A stretch of 64,000 nucleotides of DNA from a virus: IMG/VR virus record IMGVR_UViG_3300045988_117710; one strand, written 5' to 3'. The translations under genes were made by a program, and so were the position numbers. The notes under the pieces were generated by a model. It did no database searches, was not told the DNA's origin, and saw only the letters and a program-made list of their open reading frames with translations. Shown one piece after another: positions 1 through 9,688 of the stretch. Each line of letters opens with the position of its first letter. Positions within the stretch are counted from its first letter, which is position 1.

Positions 1-222
1 TCTCAATCCGATGATGGTGTTTCTGAACTTTCAGAGAAGGAAAGAAATTTATACAATCAAGTTCCTTTGTGTGATAGGTTTCATAACAATTTAGATATTA
101 TGAGATTGAAGCCAGTTGATTGTTCTATTCGTGATAAAGATTATAAGTATACATCTAGAGATGTTGCAGGATATTTACAGTTATTTAAGTTTAGAGATTA
201 TTTAATAAAGAGAGGGTGGTAA
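1..222 (+). CDS. 3' end of a gene entering from upstream (hypothetical protein, C-terminal 73 aa)
   Basis: Open frame from position 1 to TAA at 220-222; next gene follows 3 nt later with RBS. Confidence 0.45.
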   Translation, partial: SQSDDGVSELSEKERNLYNQVPLCDRFHNNLDIMRLKPVDCSIRDKDYKYTSRDVAGYLQLFKFRDYLIKRGW

Positions 223-225
223 GTA

Positions 226-417
226 ATGGAATATACAGTTATTCTAAAAGATAAGACTTTGAGATATAACAATAAGAAAGATATAGCTACTTTCTTTGGT
301 GTTTCTGAACAAACAGTGGAGTCTTGGTTGTTAGGTAAATGTAAACCTAAAAAGAAGTTTAATATTGTTCAAGTATATGTTGATGGTTTACTTATTTTAG
401 ATTTCACTGGGAGGTAA
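226..417 (+). CDS. hypothetical small protein (63 aa)
   Basis: ATG with GAGGGTGG RBS; tight coupling to downstream gene. Confidence 0.5.
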   Translation: MEYTVILKDKTLRYNNKKDIATFFGVSEQTVESWLLGKCKPKKKFNIVQVYVDGLLILDFTGR

Positions 418-422
418 GATTG

Positions 423-692
423 ATGAGAGATGATGTTTTTAGAGTTTCTACAAGTACAGATCCAAGGAAGTTGGCTCAAGCTGTTATGAATAAGGTTCAG
501 TTTAGTGTTAATACTCCTGTACTAAGTTGTTTGGGTGCAGGTGCAATTAACCAAGCTGTTAAAGCACTTTCTATTCTTATAGGTATGGGTTCTACAATTG
601 GTTTAGATATTTATTTCAAATCTCACTTTGAGGTTAGAGAATTAGATGGCGAAGAGAAGACTTTTATAAACTTCAAAGTTTATAAGATATAA
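423..692 (+). CDS. SpoVS-like protein (stage V sporulation protein S family)
   Basis: GGGAGG RBS; segments CLGAGAINQAVKALSIL and DGEEKTFINFKV align with SpoVS AIGAGALNQAVKAVAIA ... DGEERTAIKLIV; about 89 aa, the SpoVS size. Confidence 0.65.
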   Translation: MRDDVFRVSTSTDPRKLAQAVMNKVQFSVNTPVLSCLGAGAINQAVKALSILIGMGSTIGLDIYFKSHFEVRELDGEEKTFINFKVYKI

Positions 693-705
693 GTCTTCTT
701 TTTAT
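656..705 (+). terminator. putative rho-independent terminator (nested hairpin gaagact...agtcttc + T-run)
   Basis: Inverted repeat overlapping stop codon, followed by TTTTTAT. Confidence 0.35.
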
Positions 706-858
706 ATATTAATTTAGAAGTAAAGAAGTATTTTATTGTAGTATGTTTGTATTATGGAGTAGAAGAATTTATAGTTACTTTTGATAGGTGATTTTATAAT
801 GGTTGATTTTCAAGGTCCTTCTATTTCATTTTGTTTAAAGTGATTAGGAGGACTTTTT

Positions 859-2829
859 ATGTTTTTCACAATTAATGACATTATCACTGGGAAGAAATAT
901 AATGTAAATGTTATGTGGATTACATCTATGAAGAATGGTGATGATTCACAGTCTGCTCCTAACTTTGAGTTATTGTTGTATCAAGGTGACGGAGGACGTC
1001 CTTTGGTAGAATCATATGCTTCAGCTGCTGAGAGAAAGGAACGTAGAGATACTATTGTTGAAGCAGGTTCATTTTTCGAACTTAATAGTATTCAATACAA
1101 TCTTGTTTGGGTTCAGTCTGTTGCAAAGGTAAATGCTGGTGATCCATTATATGATGGTAACTTAGCACAGAAACCTGCTGTTTCTATTACATTTGCTAAT
1201 GGTAGAACTATTTATGGTCAGTTTGATACTGAACAAGCAAGAGATGAGTTCTATGACTTATTAATGGAGTCAATGCTTAGTGGTGGTTTAGTTCAAAGAG
1301 ATACTTTTGATGATTTTCCTAAGAAGGGGAATCCTGGATGTGTTTATCTAGCGAAGGATACAGGTATTACTTACTATTGGGATAAGGTTCTTAAGCAGTA
1401 TGTAACAACTGGTTCTGGTGGTCGTAAAGGTGTCTATGAGGCAATTAATGATTTACCTACTACTCTTGGTCAAGTGGTTACAATTAATAAGTCAGATTTA
1501 AGAGAATTGGTTAAGCCAACAGTTGATTTCATGGAGACTTCTGATGTAATTGATGATGAAGGTACTCGTGGTGTTATTATTGCTAATAATGATACTACTG
1601 TAGATATATGTATTATACCAGACAAAACTATTGATTCATTTAAGCAAGTCGCTACTGAAGCTGATTTACCAGAAACTGGGAAGACTAACATATTATTATA
1701 TGTTCAAGATATAGATGAGTTTAGAATTTGGGATGATAATGTACCTGGTTGGGTAGATCCATTCCATCCTATTAGATTTGAGAGTGATATTACTCCAGAG
1801 ACTGCTAGAACTAATACTCTTTATATTGATGAGACAGAAGCAAGATATACATCTGACAATGTTGAGTGGAAGTATATTACTTCTGAAGCAAGACCTTATC
1901 AGAAGGGTACTACTTACTATAAGGGAATGTTAGTCTATAGAGACAATATTTTAACTAAGGCAACAGTTACATTTAAGTCTAATGCAACAGTTAGTAAGAA
2001 TACTGCAGAAGCATTTACTTATGACTTAGATAAAGGAAATCTAGAAGTAATAATTGATGCTTACACTAGAACTAATGTAATGTATGATTTGTCTGACCAA
2101 CTTGATGAAGATACTCAAGAGTTTAATTTACCTGCAGGAGTAACTCCAGAACGTTCTGTTCTAGTATTCTATGCTGGTCAGTTATTAATAGAGGGTGTCA
2201 ACTACATTATCGATTACACTAATCAGAAGTTAAGATTATTGTTCGAAGAGGATCCAGATTCATTAGAAGATAGACATCTGACAATGATTATTGGTAACAT
2301 TGAAGCACCGGCTGGTGTTAGAACTGTTACTGGTATTATTCCTGGATTGGTTGATAATACAGATCCATTTAATCCTGTCATTGGTCATGATGATACTAAG
2401 ATTGATAAGAGTATTGCTAATCGTCTTGTATCTAATACTGATGTTACAGAGGTAGATGGTGCTGTGGATATGACTTTCACTTATGCAGATACTGATGATG
2501 GTTCTATTTCTGCTAAGAAGGTTATATTCAAAACACCAAATGATAATATTAAGTTTAAGGTTAATAATGTAACACCTCAAATCAGAGAGATTGAAATTTC
2601 TGCATTTGGTGCTGCAGAGGTAACTGAACGAGCTATTACATTTGATGGTACTTCTAGGGAGTTTGATTTACCTATTAATGTTGATACTACTAGACCTTTA
2701 GTAGTTATGATTAATGGGTTAGCATTAACTTCTGGTGAAGATTACGACTATGTTATAGTCGGAAATAAGATTAAGTTTACATATGTGTTTGAGGTGGATT
2801 CAAATGCTGTAATAGTAAACTTTAAATAG
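859..2829 (+). CDS. virion structural protein, probable tail fibre/receptor-binding component (656 aa)
   Basis: AGGAGG RBS; large ORF; first of four contiguous large structural genes. Confidence 0.65.
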   Translation: MFFTINDIITGKKYNVNVMWITSMKNGDDSQSAPNFELLLYQGDGGRPLVESYASAAERKERRDTIVEAGSFFELNSIQYNLVWVQSVAKVNAGDPLYDGNLAQKPAVSITFANGRTIYGQFDTEQARDEFYDLLMESMLSGGLVQRDTFDDFPKKGNPGCVYLAKDTGITYYWDKVLKQYVTTGSGGRKGVYEAINDLPTTLGQVVTINKSDLRELVKPTVDFMETSDVIDDEGTRGVIIANNDTTVDICIIPDKTIDSFKQVATEADLPETGKTNILLYVQDIDEFRIWDDNVPGWVDPFHPIRFESDITPETARTNTLYIDETEARYTSDNVEWKYITSEARPYQKGTTYYKGMLVYRDNILTKATVTFKSNATVSKNTAEAFTYDLDKGNLEVIIDAYTRTNVMYDLSDQLDEDTQEFNLPAGVTPERSVLVFYAGQLLIEGVNYIIDYTNQKLRLLFEEDPDSLEDRHLTMIIGNIEAPAGVRTVTGIIPGLVDNTDPFNPVIGHDDTKIDKSIANRLVSNTDVTEVDGAVDMTFTYADTDDGSISAKKVIFKTPNDNIKFKVNNVTPQIREIEISAFGAAEVTERAITFDGTSREFDLPINVDTTRPLVVMINGLALTSGEDYDYVIVGNKIKFTYVFEVDSNAVIVNFK

Positions 2830-2847
2830 TTTAGAGGAGAAATTTAT

Positions 2848-4239
2848 ATGGCAACAACAAAAATCTCAGTCCAACAACTTTCAGAAAAGTTATTTAAGTT
2901 AGTTGGTAGAAATTATCTATTTACAGATAAGACAAATGTCACATTTGATGCAACTGAAAACACAATTACTAGATCTATGTTATTAAATGCTGACAATGTA
3001 GTTCCTACTTGGGAAGAAGTAGAAAGAGCTGCTATTGTATTTATAGTTGATTCTACAAAGAATACAATTAAAGCAACTGCAAAGATAACTGCTAAAGATT
3101 CTACAGCAGACAATGTTAAAGTTTTAGTTGATAATACTTCTACTGAAGTAAACGCTAAATTAAAAGAATTAGAAGAAAATATTAAGACTAACAAAACTAA
3201 TATTGAAACTAATGCTGCTAACATAACTACTAATGCAAATGATATTGATGCTTTAGAAGGTAGAATGGATACTGCTGAAGCTGACATTGATGCTTTAGAA
3301 GGTAGAATGGATACTGCTGAAGCTGATATACTTGCTAATGCTGGTAACATTACTCAAAATGCTGCTGACATTGATGCTCTAGAAGCAAGAATGGCTACTG
3401 CAGAAGGTAATATTACAACAAATACAAATAATATAGCAACTAATGCTTCTAATATTGCAACTAATGTATTAAATATTACTACTAATACAAATGATATTAA
3501 AGCATTGAAAGAAAAGACAGCTACTGAAGAAGCTGAATTAGATGCTTTAACTGAAAGAGTAACTAAGAATGAAACTGATATAGCTGAAAGAGTTACTAAA
3601 ACTGAAGCTGCTACTTTTGTTAAAGATATAGCTTATGATGCTACTACTTGCAAGTTTACTTTCACTATGTATGATGACTCTACTGAAGAAGTAGACTTAC
3701 CATTAGAAAGTACTGTTAAGGGTGGTCGTTATGATGCTGATACTAATACTTTAATACTTATTTTAAATGATGAAGCTGGTACAGAAATTGAAATTCCTGT
3801 TGAAGACTTAGTTGATATCTATACTGGTTCTGAAAATGACCAAATTAAAGTTGAAGTTTCTGCAGATTATATTGTTAGTGCTGCTCTTAAGACTGGTTCA
3901 ATTGATGAAACATTCTTTACTACAGCATTACAAGAAAGATTAAATGCCTTAGAAGCAAAAGATGTAGATTTACAAGAACAAATAGATGCAATTGATCCAT
4001 CTGTTGCTGCTAAGATTACTGGTATTGAATTAACACCAGATGGTCAAAAGACTACTTTCGATGTAGGATTCGAATTAGCTGAGACTGATATAGTTGATTT
4101 ATACTATAATGGGCTTAGAGAATTAGAAGGTAAAGGTTATACAGTAGATAGAACAGCAGGTTCTAATGGTTCAGTTACAACTTTATTTGATGTTCCTGCT
4201 GAAGTTGGAGATACTTTATACATCGAAGTTACTAGATAA
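2848..4239 (+). CDS. tail fibre protein with coiled-coil heptad/tandem repeats (463 aa)
   Basis: AGAGGAG RBS; N/T/A-rich coiled coil with repeated NITTN / DIDALEGRMDTAEA units. Confidence 0.7.
   Translation: MATTKISVQQLSEKLFKLVGRNYLFTDKTNVTFDATENTITRSMLLNADNVVPTWEEVERAAIVFIVDSTKNTIKATAKITAKDSTADNVKVLVDNTSTEVNAKLKELEENIKTNKTNIETNAANITTNANDIDALEGRMDTAEADIDALEGRMDTAEADILANAGNITQNAADIDALEARMATAEGNITTNTNNIATNASNIATNVLNITTNTNDIKALKEKTATEEAELDALTERVTKNETDIAERVTKTEAATFVKDIAYDATTCKFTFTMYDDSTEEVDLPLESTVKGGRYDADTNTLILILNDEAGTEIEIPVEDLVDIYTGSENDQIKVEVSADYIVSAALKTGSIDETFFTTALQERLNALEAKDVDLQEQIDAIDPSVAAKITGIELTPDGQKTTFDVGFELAETDIVDLYYNGLRELEGKGYTVDRTAGSNGSVTTLFDVPAEVGDTLYIEVTR
3241..3324 (+). repeat. perfect 42-bp tandem duplication (2 copies, degenerate third copy about 3361-3408) inside tail fibre gene
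   Basis: gatattgatgctttagaaggtagaatggatactgctgaagct x2 (one synonymous change); encodes DIDALEGRMDTAEA x2. Confidence 0.9.
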
Positions 4240-4266
4240 TTCAATAGGAGAAAAGGAGTTTAATTT

Positions 4267-6741
4267 ATGCAAAAATTAAATAGACAACAACTTCCTGTAG
4301 ATGTATTAAATGAATTATATGGTAAGGCAAACCAAGTTTACGTAGATGAGAAGTTCAATGAATTCTCATCTGCGGTAAACTCAACATCATCTGACTCAGG
4401 TGACTATGCTATAATGCCTTTTAATAATGAAGCTCCTGTTGTATATACAATGCAAAACCGTAACATAGATAATGTTGAAATAGACGGTTCAGTAGGTTAT
4501 AAAGATAATCTACCTGGTGGTTATGTATTTACAGGTGCTGCTGATTCTTACAGAAATAAAACATTTAACCGTATCAAGGTATTCGTTAAAGTACCTGGAT
4601 GGGTTAGAATAGGTATTGTAAGAGGTACAGGTTATGGAATGGGTAAAGACCAAGGTGATGGTGTTGCAAGAGGTATATTCAAAGCCAATGCTAGATATGA
4701 TGCAACAGATGTGTATCCTTCATCATTGGTTAAGGGTGTTGAGGATTCAACAGCTGATGACCAAGCTCATGCAACATTAAAGAAATGGTTAGTAGTTCAA
4801 TATGCTGCTACTGTAGGTGTTCATGAGTACGATTTTGAAGATGAAATTATAACTTCACCATTTGAATACATTTATGAAGAGAGTAGATCAGGAGTTGCTG
4901 GGTTTGTTTATAATAAATCTGGAGCTGCTGTTACAACAGGTAATACAACAATTCCTAATGGGGTTGCTAACACAGGTTTAACATATCCAACAGCTGCAAT
5001 TTCAGCTACAAACCTTTGTGATGGTCAATATCCAATTTCTGATAATATGTTAGATACTTCTGCAAGATTAGCTTACTTTAATGAAAAATCAGCCAGAGGT
5101 GGTGGATATCATAGAAGTTGGACAGGTATTAAATATAACCAAACAGACAAAACAATAGATATATCTCAACATAGAGGTGACTTAAATATAGGTTTATATA
5201 GAAGAGGTGTTAGTGGTACTAAATATTTACAACCTGTTATTGAAAATGCCTTAACTAGAAATATATCAATAAGTGAAACTAATACTGGTCATATAAATGG
5301 ATATGGTCCTAAATATGAAGACCAACAATTATTAGCACAAACTGGAGCTAGAATATATGCTATTGAAGTAATCATAGCAGAACCTGGTGACTTATCATTC
5401 TTTGTATTTAGTTCTAATGATCCAGCTACTTGTAGAATATTAAAACACTTTACATTGAGAACAAGAGGTATAGGTAAGCAACTTATCCATTTACCTGAAG
5501 ATGTTATTTTACAAGAAGGAAACTGGTGTGGTGTAGAAGGTATTACACAAGCTGTTACTTTTAATAGACCTATAGCAAGTGAAGTATTCTCAAGTGGTAC
5601 TACATTAGCACAAGGTTATGCAGATACAGCAAAATTTGTTTATCGTGATCCATCTTCAGTAAAGAATTGGACATGTAAAGGTGATGATCCAACAGCAATT
5701 CAAGATTTAATACCATTTAGTTCAGCTACAGGTACTAGAAGTTCTGGATTCCAATTTTGGAAAGGTGTTCAATATATACCGGGAGCAAATGCAGGTGAAG
5801 GTTATGTTGATTTCACAAATGCATCTATAGTAGAAGACAATACAAACTACTTAAATATATGTCTAGTTGTAAGAGATGAACCAATATCTAAATTAGAAGA
5901 TTTATGGTGTTCTATTACAGGTGACTCAATATCTACTTATACAGGTGTTGTTTCAAAAGCAGATGATTACGGTATGACTTATCTTAATGCAGCTGGTAAT
6001 AACTCATGCTTTTATCCAAAGAATGCTAGTGGATTTACAAACTGTATTGATGCAACTTGGTGGGGAGCTTTAATTAAACAAACAAGAATGAGATTATTAA
6101 GAAACGATGCATGGTCAGGTTCAAGAGTATCTGGAACTGATTCAGATACATCATCAACAGCTTGTGCTTCTGATATAAGATCTGTATTGTTACGTAACAT
6201 TTCATTCCCAACATATGAACCAGTAAAAGAATCAGGTAAATATACACACCCATTTGGTACACCTGATATTGTATTTACTTGTATAGGTACAAATGACTTA
6301 GCAGGTGGGGTAACACCAGGATCTTATTCAAATGAACAACCTGCTGATATTTCAACAATATTAAGTGCATTTGAAAGAATGGTTGGTAAGCACAAAGCAA
6401 ACTATCCACAATCAATATTAGTATACTTTGTTCTACCAAGAGGTTCTAGTGTTTATCCATATACAAATGCAACAACTGGATTCTCAATAGCTCAAATGGC
6501 TGCTTCATTTGAATATATTGCAAAAGCAATGGGAGTATACTTTGTACCACTTTCATATTTCAATGCTTTAAATGCTAATGAAGCCAGTGCAACATTTGTA
6601 TGGACTCCAAATAGTGCTACACTTCATAAAAATAGTACAACATTTGATGGAGCAGTAACAACTGATAAATTACACCCATCAGCTACAGGACACCAAATCA
6701 TAGCAAACGCTTTACAAAGATTCTGTGAACAAATAGTTTAA
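4267..6741 (+). CDS. tail-associated protein with C-terminal SGNH/GDSL hydrolase (esterase/deacetylase) domain (824 aa)
   Basis: GGAG RBS; SGNH blocks: ITGDSISTY (block I, catalytic Ser), FTCIGTNDL (GxND block III), DKLHPSATGH (DxxH block V). Confidence 0.7.
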   Translation: MQKLNRQQLPVDVLNELYGKANQVYVDEKFNEFSSAVNSTSSDSGDYAIMPFNNEAPVVYTMQNRNIDNVEIDGSVGYKDNLPGGYVFTGAADSYRNKTFNRIKVFVKVPGWVRIGIVRGTGYGMGKDQGDGVARGIFKANARYDATDVYPSSLVKGVEDSTADDQAHATLKKWLVVQYAATVGVHEYDFEDEIITSPFEYIYEESRSGVAGFVYNKSGAAVTTGNTTIPNGVANTGLTYPTAAISATNLCDGQYPISDNMLDTSARLAYFNEKSARGGGYHRSWTGIKYNQTDKTIDISQHRGDLNIGLYRRGVSGTKYLQPVIENALTRNISISETNTGHINGYGPKYEDQQLLAQTGARIYAIEVIIAEPGDLSFFVFSSNDPATCRILKHFTLRTRGIGKQLIHLPEDVILQEGNWCGVEGITQAVTFNRPIASEVFSSGTTLAQGYADTAKFVYRDPSSVKNWTCKGDDPTAIQDLIPFSSATGTRSSGFQFWKGVQYIPGANAGEGYVDFTNASIVEDNTNYLNICLVVRDEPISKLEDLWCSITGDSISTYTGVVSKADDYGMTYLNAAGNNSCFYPKNASGFTNCIDATWWGALIKQTRMRLLRNDAWSGSRVSGTDSDTSSTACASDIRSVLLRNISFPTYEPVKESGKYTHPFGTPDIVFTCIGTNDLAGGVTPGSYSNEQPADISTILSAFERMVGKHKANYPQSILVYFVLPRGSSVYPYTNATTGFSIAQMAASFEYIAKAMGVYFVPLSYFNALNANEASATFVWTPNSATLHKNSTTFDGAVTTDKLHPSATGHQIIANALQRFCEQIV

Positions 6742-6754
6742 TGAGGAGGATAAT

Positions 6755-8194
6755 ATGGTCACTATAGAAAGAGAAACATATTACACATTAGACGAAATTA
6801 ACTCATTGATTAGTAACGGTCAAGTTGCCGCTGCTAATCAATGGGAAGTTTACGAACTTTCTTATAATAGTGGTTTTAGTGTTGGTTGGAACCTGTGTAG
6901 AATGTTTGTCAATAAACATACTGGAGCAGTAACGGGTATTCTTGGAATGGAAGGAATGTCTGGAAGTTCTAATAATACTATATTGACTAATAGTAACCTA
7001 GGTATTCATGCAGATATGAAAATAAAATGGCCTGGATTACAAGTCTATACTACAACTACATCAGCAGCTTCTGCGGCTACTAAGAAAGCAGCTAGTCTGT
7101 TTAATATTAGAGTAGAAACAGATGGGACATTTATAGGTCAAGGTCATGGTTTTACTAGATCTGAGCTCGAGACACATATAGAGAATTTCTTCTATATAGG
7201 TTCTAAATATGGTAAGATTACAACTGAGGATGCTAAACCAATTTATCTTCCAGAAGGTACATTTTATAATAAAAATGCAGTTGACCTATTAACTGGTAAA
7301 GCTTGGTTTAAATATACGGTACCTTTAAACTCAGAAGCATACACAGATGACTCGAGTTTAACCTTTTATAAAAATCTATGGTCAGCTGAGTGTATAGTTC
7401 AATATGATTTAAAACCAGTTACAGCAAACACATATCCGAGTATAAGTGTTCCTAATAGATTCATGCCTTACTTAAATTTAACTTTATATCCAAAGATTAG
7501 ATACCTATCACCTGCTTCATCTAACACTCAAGCAAAAGAAAGATGCTATATAAGATTAGGTGGGAATGAGTTTTATCTAGGTGGTGTTCCTTCAGGTACA
7601 ACCAGAATTACAGGTTCTAACTTCTATATAGGAGTTGAAGAGGGAGCTATAGGATTAGATACAGAAACTGGAAAAGGTTTATGGAATAGAGATGCATCTG
7701 TTCAAGTACCTTCAGCTGAAAATACTGTTTTTGGTAATTTAAGAGATAACAACATTAGTCGTGTAGATATCACAGGAATGATTGTTAGTGGATATGTTAA
7801 AAGAGATGGATACCAATGTCATGTTATCAGATCGAGAACAGGAATGGTTAATTTTGCTGCAGCTATGAAAGTAAATAGTACAACATTAGCAGATCCATTA
7901 TTCAATAATTTCACAGCTGCTTGGAGACCAAGTTATAAATACAGGAGATCTACAATAACAGCATCTGGAGTACAAACAGTATATTTTGCTTCACCATCAT
8001 TTATGTCACTGGTAGTAGATACTACTCCTAGTCATAGATCGTATACAGCAAATATATGTTTAAGAACCAACCAAACTAGCGGTGGAGATGATGCGAAGAT
8101 AAAAGCACCGTCTTACGGTACTACTGGAAATATTTCACCAACTGTCGGTAATAATCTAATATGGCAAGGTTGGTATTTAGCAGATAATACATAG
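6755..8194 (+). CDS. putative receptor-binding/tail fibre protein (479 aa)
   Basis: GAGGAGG RBS 8 nt upstream; position after fibre genes. Confidence 0.6.
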   Translation: MVTIERETYYTLDEINSLISNGQVAAANQWEVYELSYNSGFSVGWNLCRMFVNKHTGAVTGILGMEGMSGSSNNTILTNSNLGIHADMKIKWPGLQVYTTTTSAASAATKKAASLFNIRVETDGTFIGQGHGFTRSELETHIENFFYIGSKYGKITTEDAKPIYLPEGTFYNKNAVDLLTGKAWFKYTVPLNSEAYTDDSSLTFYKNLWSAECIVQYDLKPVTANTYPSISVPNRFMPYLNLTLYPKIRYLSPASSNTQAKERCYIRLGGNEFYLGGVPSGTTRITGSNFYIGVEEGAIGLDTETGKGLWNRDASVQVPSAENTVFGNLRDNNISRVDITGMIVSGYVKRDGYQCHVIRSRTGMVNFAAAMKVNSTTLADPLFNNFTAAWRPSYKYRRSTITASGVQTVYFASPSFMSLVVDTTPSHRSYTANICLRTNQTSGGDDAKIKAPSYGTTGNISPTVGNNLIWQGWYLADNT

Positions 8195-8202
8195 GAGGTA
8201 TT

Positions 8203-8499
8203 ATGGAAACTATTTATTGGACAAAGATTGAAAGGATTTTCGATTCTGAAAAGGAGATATGGGTATCTACTGATAAATATGAAATTATTAAGGAAGAAGA
8301 ACAAGGGTATGTTCCAGATGGTGACGGATTCCAAGTTAATATGAATGGTATCAGTTATGAAACATATCTAAAAGCACCAGAAAATTACCTTATAGTGTCC
8401 GGGGTTTTAATGGAAATCACTGAAGAGGAAGACTTAGAAGATTTACCTATTCCTGAAGATACTAATACAACAACTGATTCAGTTATAGATAATATGTAG
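8203..8499 (+). CDS. hypothetical acidic protein (98 aa)
   Basis: TAGGAGG RBS. Confidence 0.55.
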   Translation: METIYWTKIERIFDSEKEIWVSTDKYEIIKEEEQGYVPDGDGFQVNMNGISYETYLKAPENYLIVSGVLMEITEEEDLEDLPIPEDTNTTTDSVIDNM

Positions 8500-8587
8500 T
8501 TAATATTCAATTACTTTATATATTATTTTAGATATAAGTGTATTATGGGTACACGGTAATTTTAACAGATAAAATGGAGTTGCGCAT

Positions 8588-9169
8588 ATGAATGGTACTA
8601 AAACACCTTGGAATGATGTTTCTTCAATTTGGAAGAAGATTGCCGCAGTAATCGCCGCTGTAGGAGTTCTAGCAACTCTTACTGTTACTATATTTAAGAC
8701 ACCTGCTGATATTACCTATATTGTTTATGCTGTTCTTGGTTTGATTCTTTTAATGATTTCTTGGTATGTGGATAAACAAGCTTTTTATTCGCATAGAGAG
8801 TTGGTTGATTATGAGAATCAAGCAAGGGAGAAGATAACTAATGCTCTTGGAGATATTAGAGATTCTATTCATCAAGTTGATGAAGCTTCCAAGGATAGAA
8901 TTACTTCTTTTAATGATCGTGTTGACAAGATAATTGGTATTGTAGAAGATACTAGAAAGGATACTTTAAGAATTCAATTGCTTATCTTGATGAGAGAGGA
9001 CAATGACAATATAGATACTATTTTAAGGTTAGCAGAAACTTACTTTGTTAAGTTACAAGGCGATTGGTATATGACAAGTGAGTTTAGCAAGTGGGCGAAA
9101 GCTCATGATGTTATGATTCCAAATAATATTTGGGATTCTATTAAGGATCATGAAGATCTTAAGTCTTAG
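8588..9169 (+). CDS. membrane protein, two N-terminal TM helices plus cytoplasmic domain (193 aa); possible lysis regulator/antiholin
   Basis: Hydrophobic segments IAAVIAAVGVLATLTVTIF and IVYAVLGLILLMISWYV; directly upstream of holin. Confidence 0.55.
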   Translation: MNGTKTPWNDVSSIWKKIAAVIAAVGVLATLTVTIFKTPADITYIVYAVLGLILLMISWYVDKQAFYSHRELVDYENQAREKITNALGDIRDSIHQVDEASKDRITSFNDRVDKIIGIVEDTRKDTLRIQLLILMREDNDNIDTILRLAETYFVKLQGDWYMTSEFSKWAKAHDVMIPNNIWDSIKDHEDLKS

Positions 9170-9181
9170 GAGGGAGAATTT

Positions 9182-9520
9182 ATGAATGAATTTATTACTT
9201 GGGAAATGTTAGGGGATTTTGTTAAGTTAACTGGTATTGTATTAGCTACTACACAATTTGTTAAGAATGCACCTTTGATTAAGAAGATTCCTACTCAATA
9301 TTTATCTTGGTTAGTTTCATTTGTTTTAATTACTTTATTTAATATTCATACTTCTAATTTTACACCTATGGATATAGTGTTGTATGCTTTATCAGCAATG
9401 TTTATTGGAACTTCTGCTTCTGGTATTTATGATGTTGGAGGAACAAGTTCTGATAAGATAGAGAAGATTGCTACTAAGGTAAAAGATTTAATGAATGGAT
9501 CTTCTGAAGATACTAAATAG
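9182..9520 (+). CDS. holin (Hol118 / phage_holin_1-like)
   Basis: GGAGGGAG RBS; TTQFVKNAPLIKKIPTQYLSWLVSFVLITL resembles Hol118 [30 protein letters not shown]; 2-3 TM, 112 aa. Confidence 0.65.
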   Translation: MNEFITWEMLGDFVKLTGIVLATTQFVKNAPLIKKIPTQYLSWLVSFVLITLFNIHTSNFTPMDIVLYALSAMFIGTSASGIYDVGGTSSDKIEKIATKVKDLMNGSSEDTK

Positions 9521-9528
9521 TTTTAGTT

Positions 9529-9556
9529 AAGAATGGCTTTTGAGTCATTCTTTTTT
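9529..9556 (+). terminator. rho-independent terminator
   Basis: hairpin agaatggc-tttt-gagtcattct followed by TTTTTT. Confidence 0.6.
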
Positions 9557-9598
9557 CGTATTAATATATGTAATACTTTCACATATATTTTATATAAG

Positions 9599-9627
9599 TT
9601 GACTTTTTAATGATTGTATGGTATTAT
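9599..9627 (+). promoter_or_regulatory. sigma-A-type promoter TTGACT-17-TATTAT
   Basis: Consensus -35, exactly 17-nt spacer, near-consensus -10; in 130-bp intergenic region upstream of 9689 gene. Confidence 0.55.
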
Positions 9628-9688
9628 TGTGAACAATTATGTATATTGTGAGTATTCTAGTACATAATATTAATTGAGGTGATTTAGT

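Noticed and set aside
1470-3350. Minus-strand ORFs 1470-1691, 2263-2580, 2913-3350 (and all other minus-strand ORFs in the track, e.g. 6012-6262, 8113-8334, 12762-12977, 14031-14282, 28657-28878, 30500-30721, 30893-31114, 33768-33962, 36214-36450, 36655-36912, 38119-38313, 39938-40303, 43415-43642, 46134-46325, 48683-48958, 53207-53401, 57562-58087, 58598-59196, 59394-59708, 62945-63130)
   Set aside because: Each lies wholly inside or antisense to a long + strand gene with strong RBS and clear domain content. The translations are low-complexity Ile/Leu/Ser/Asn-rich strings typical of AT-rich antisense. None has an RBS.
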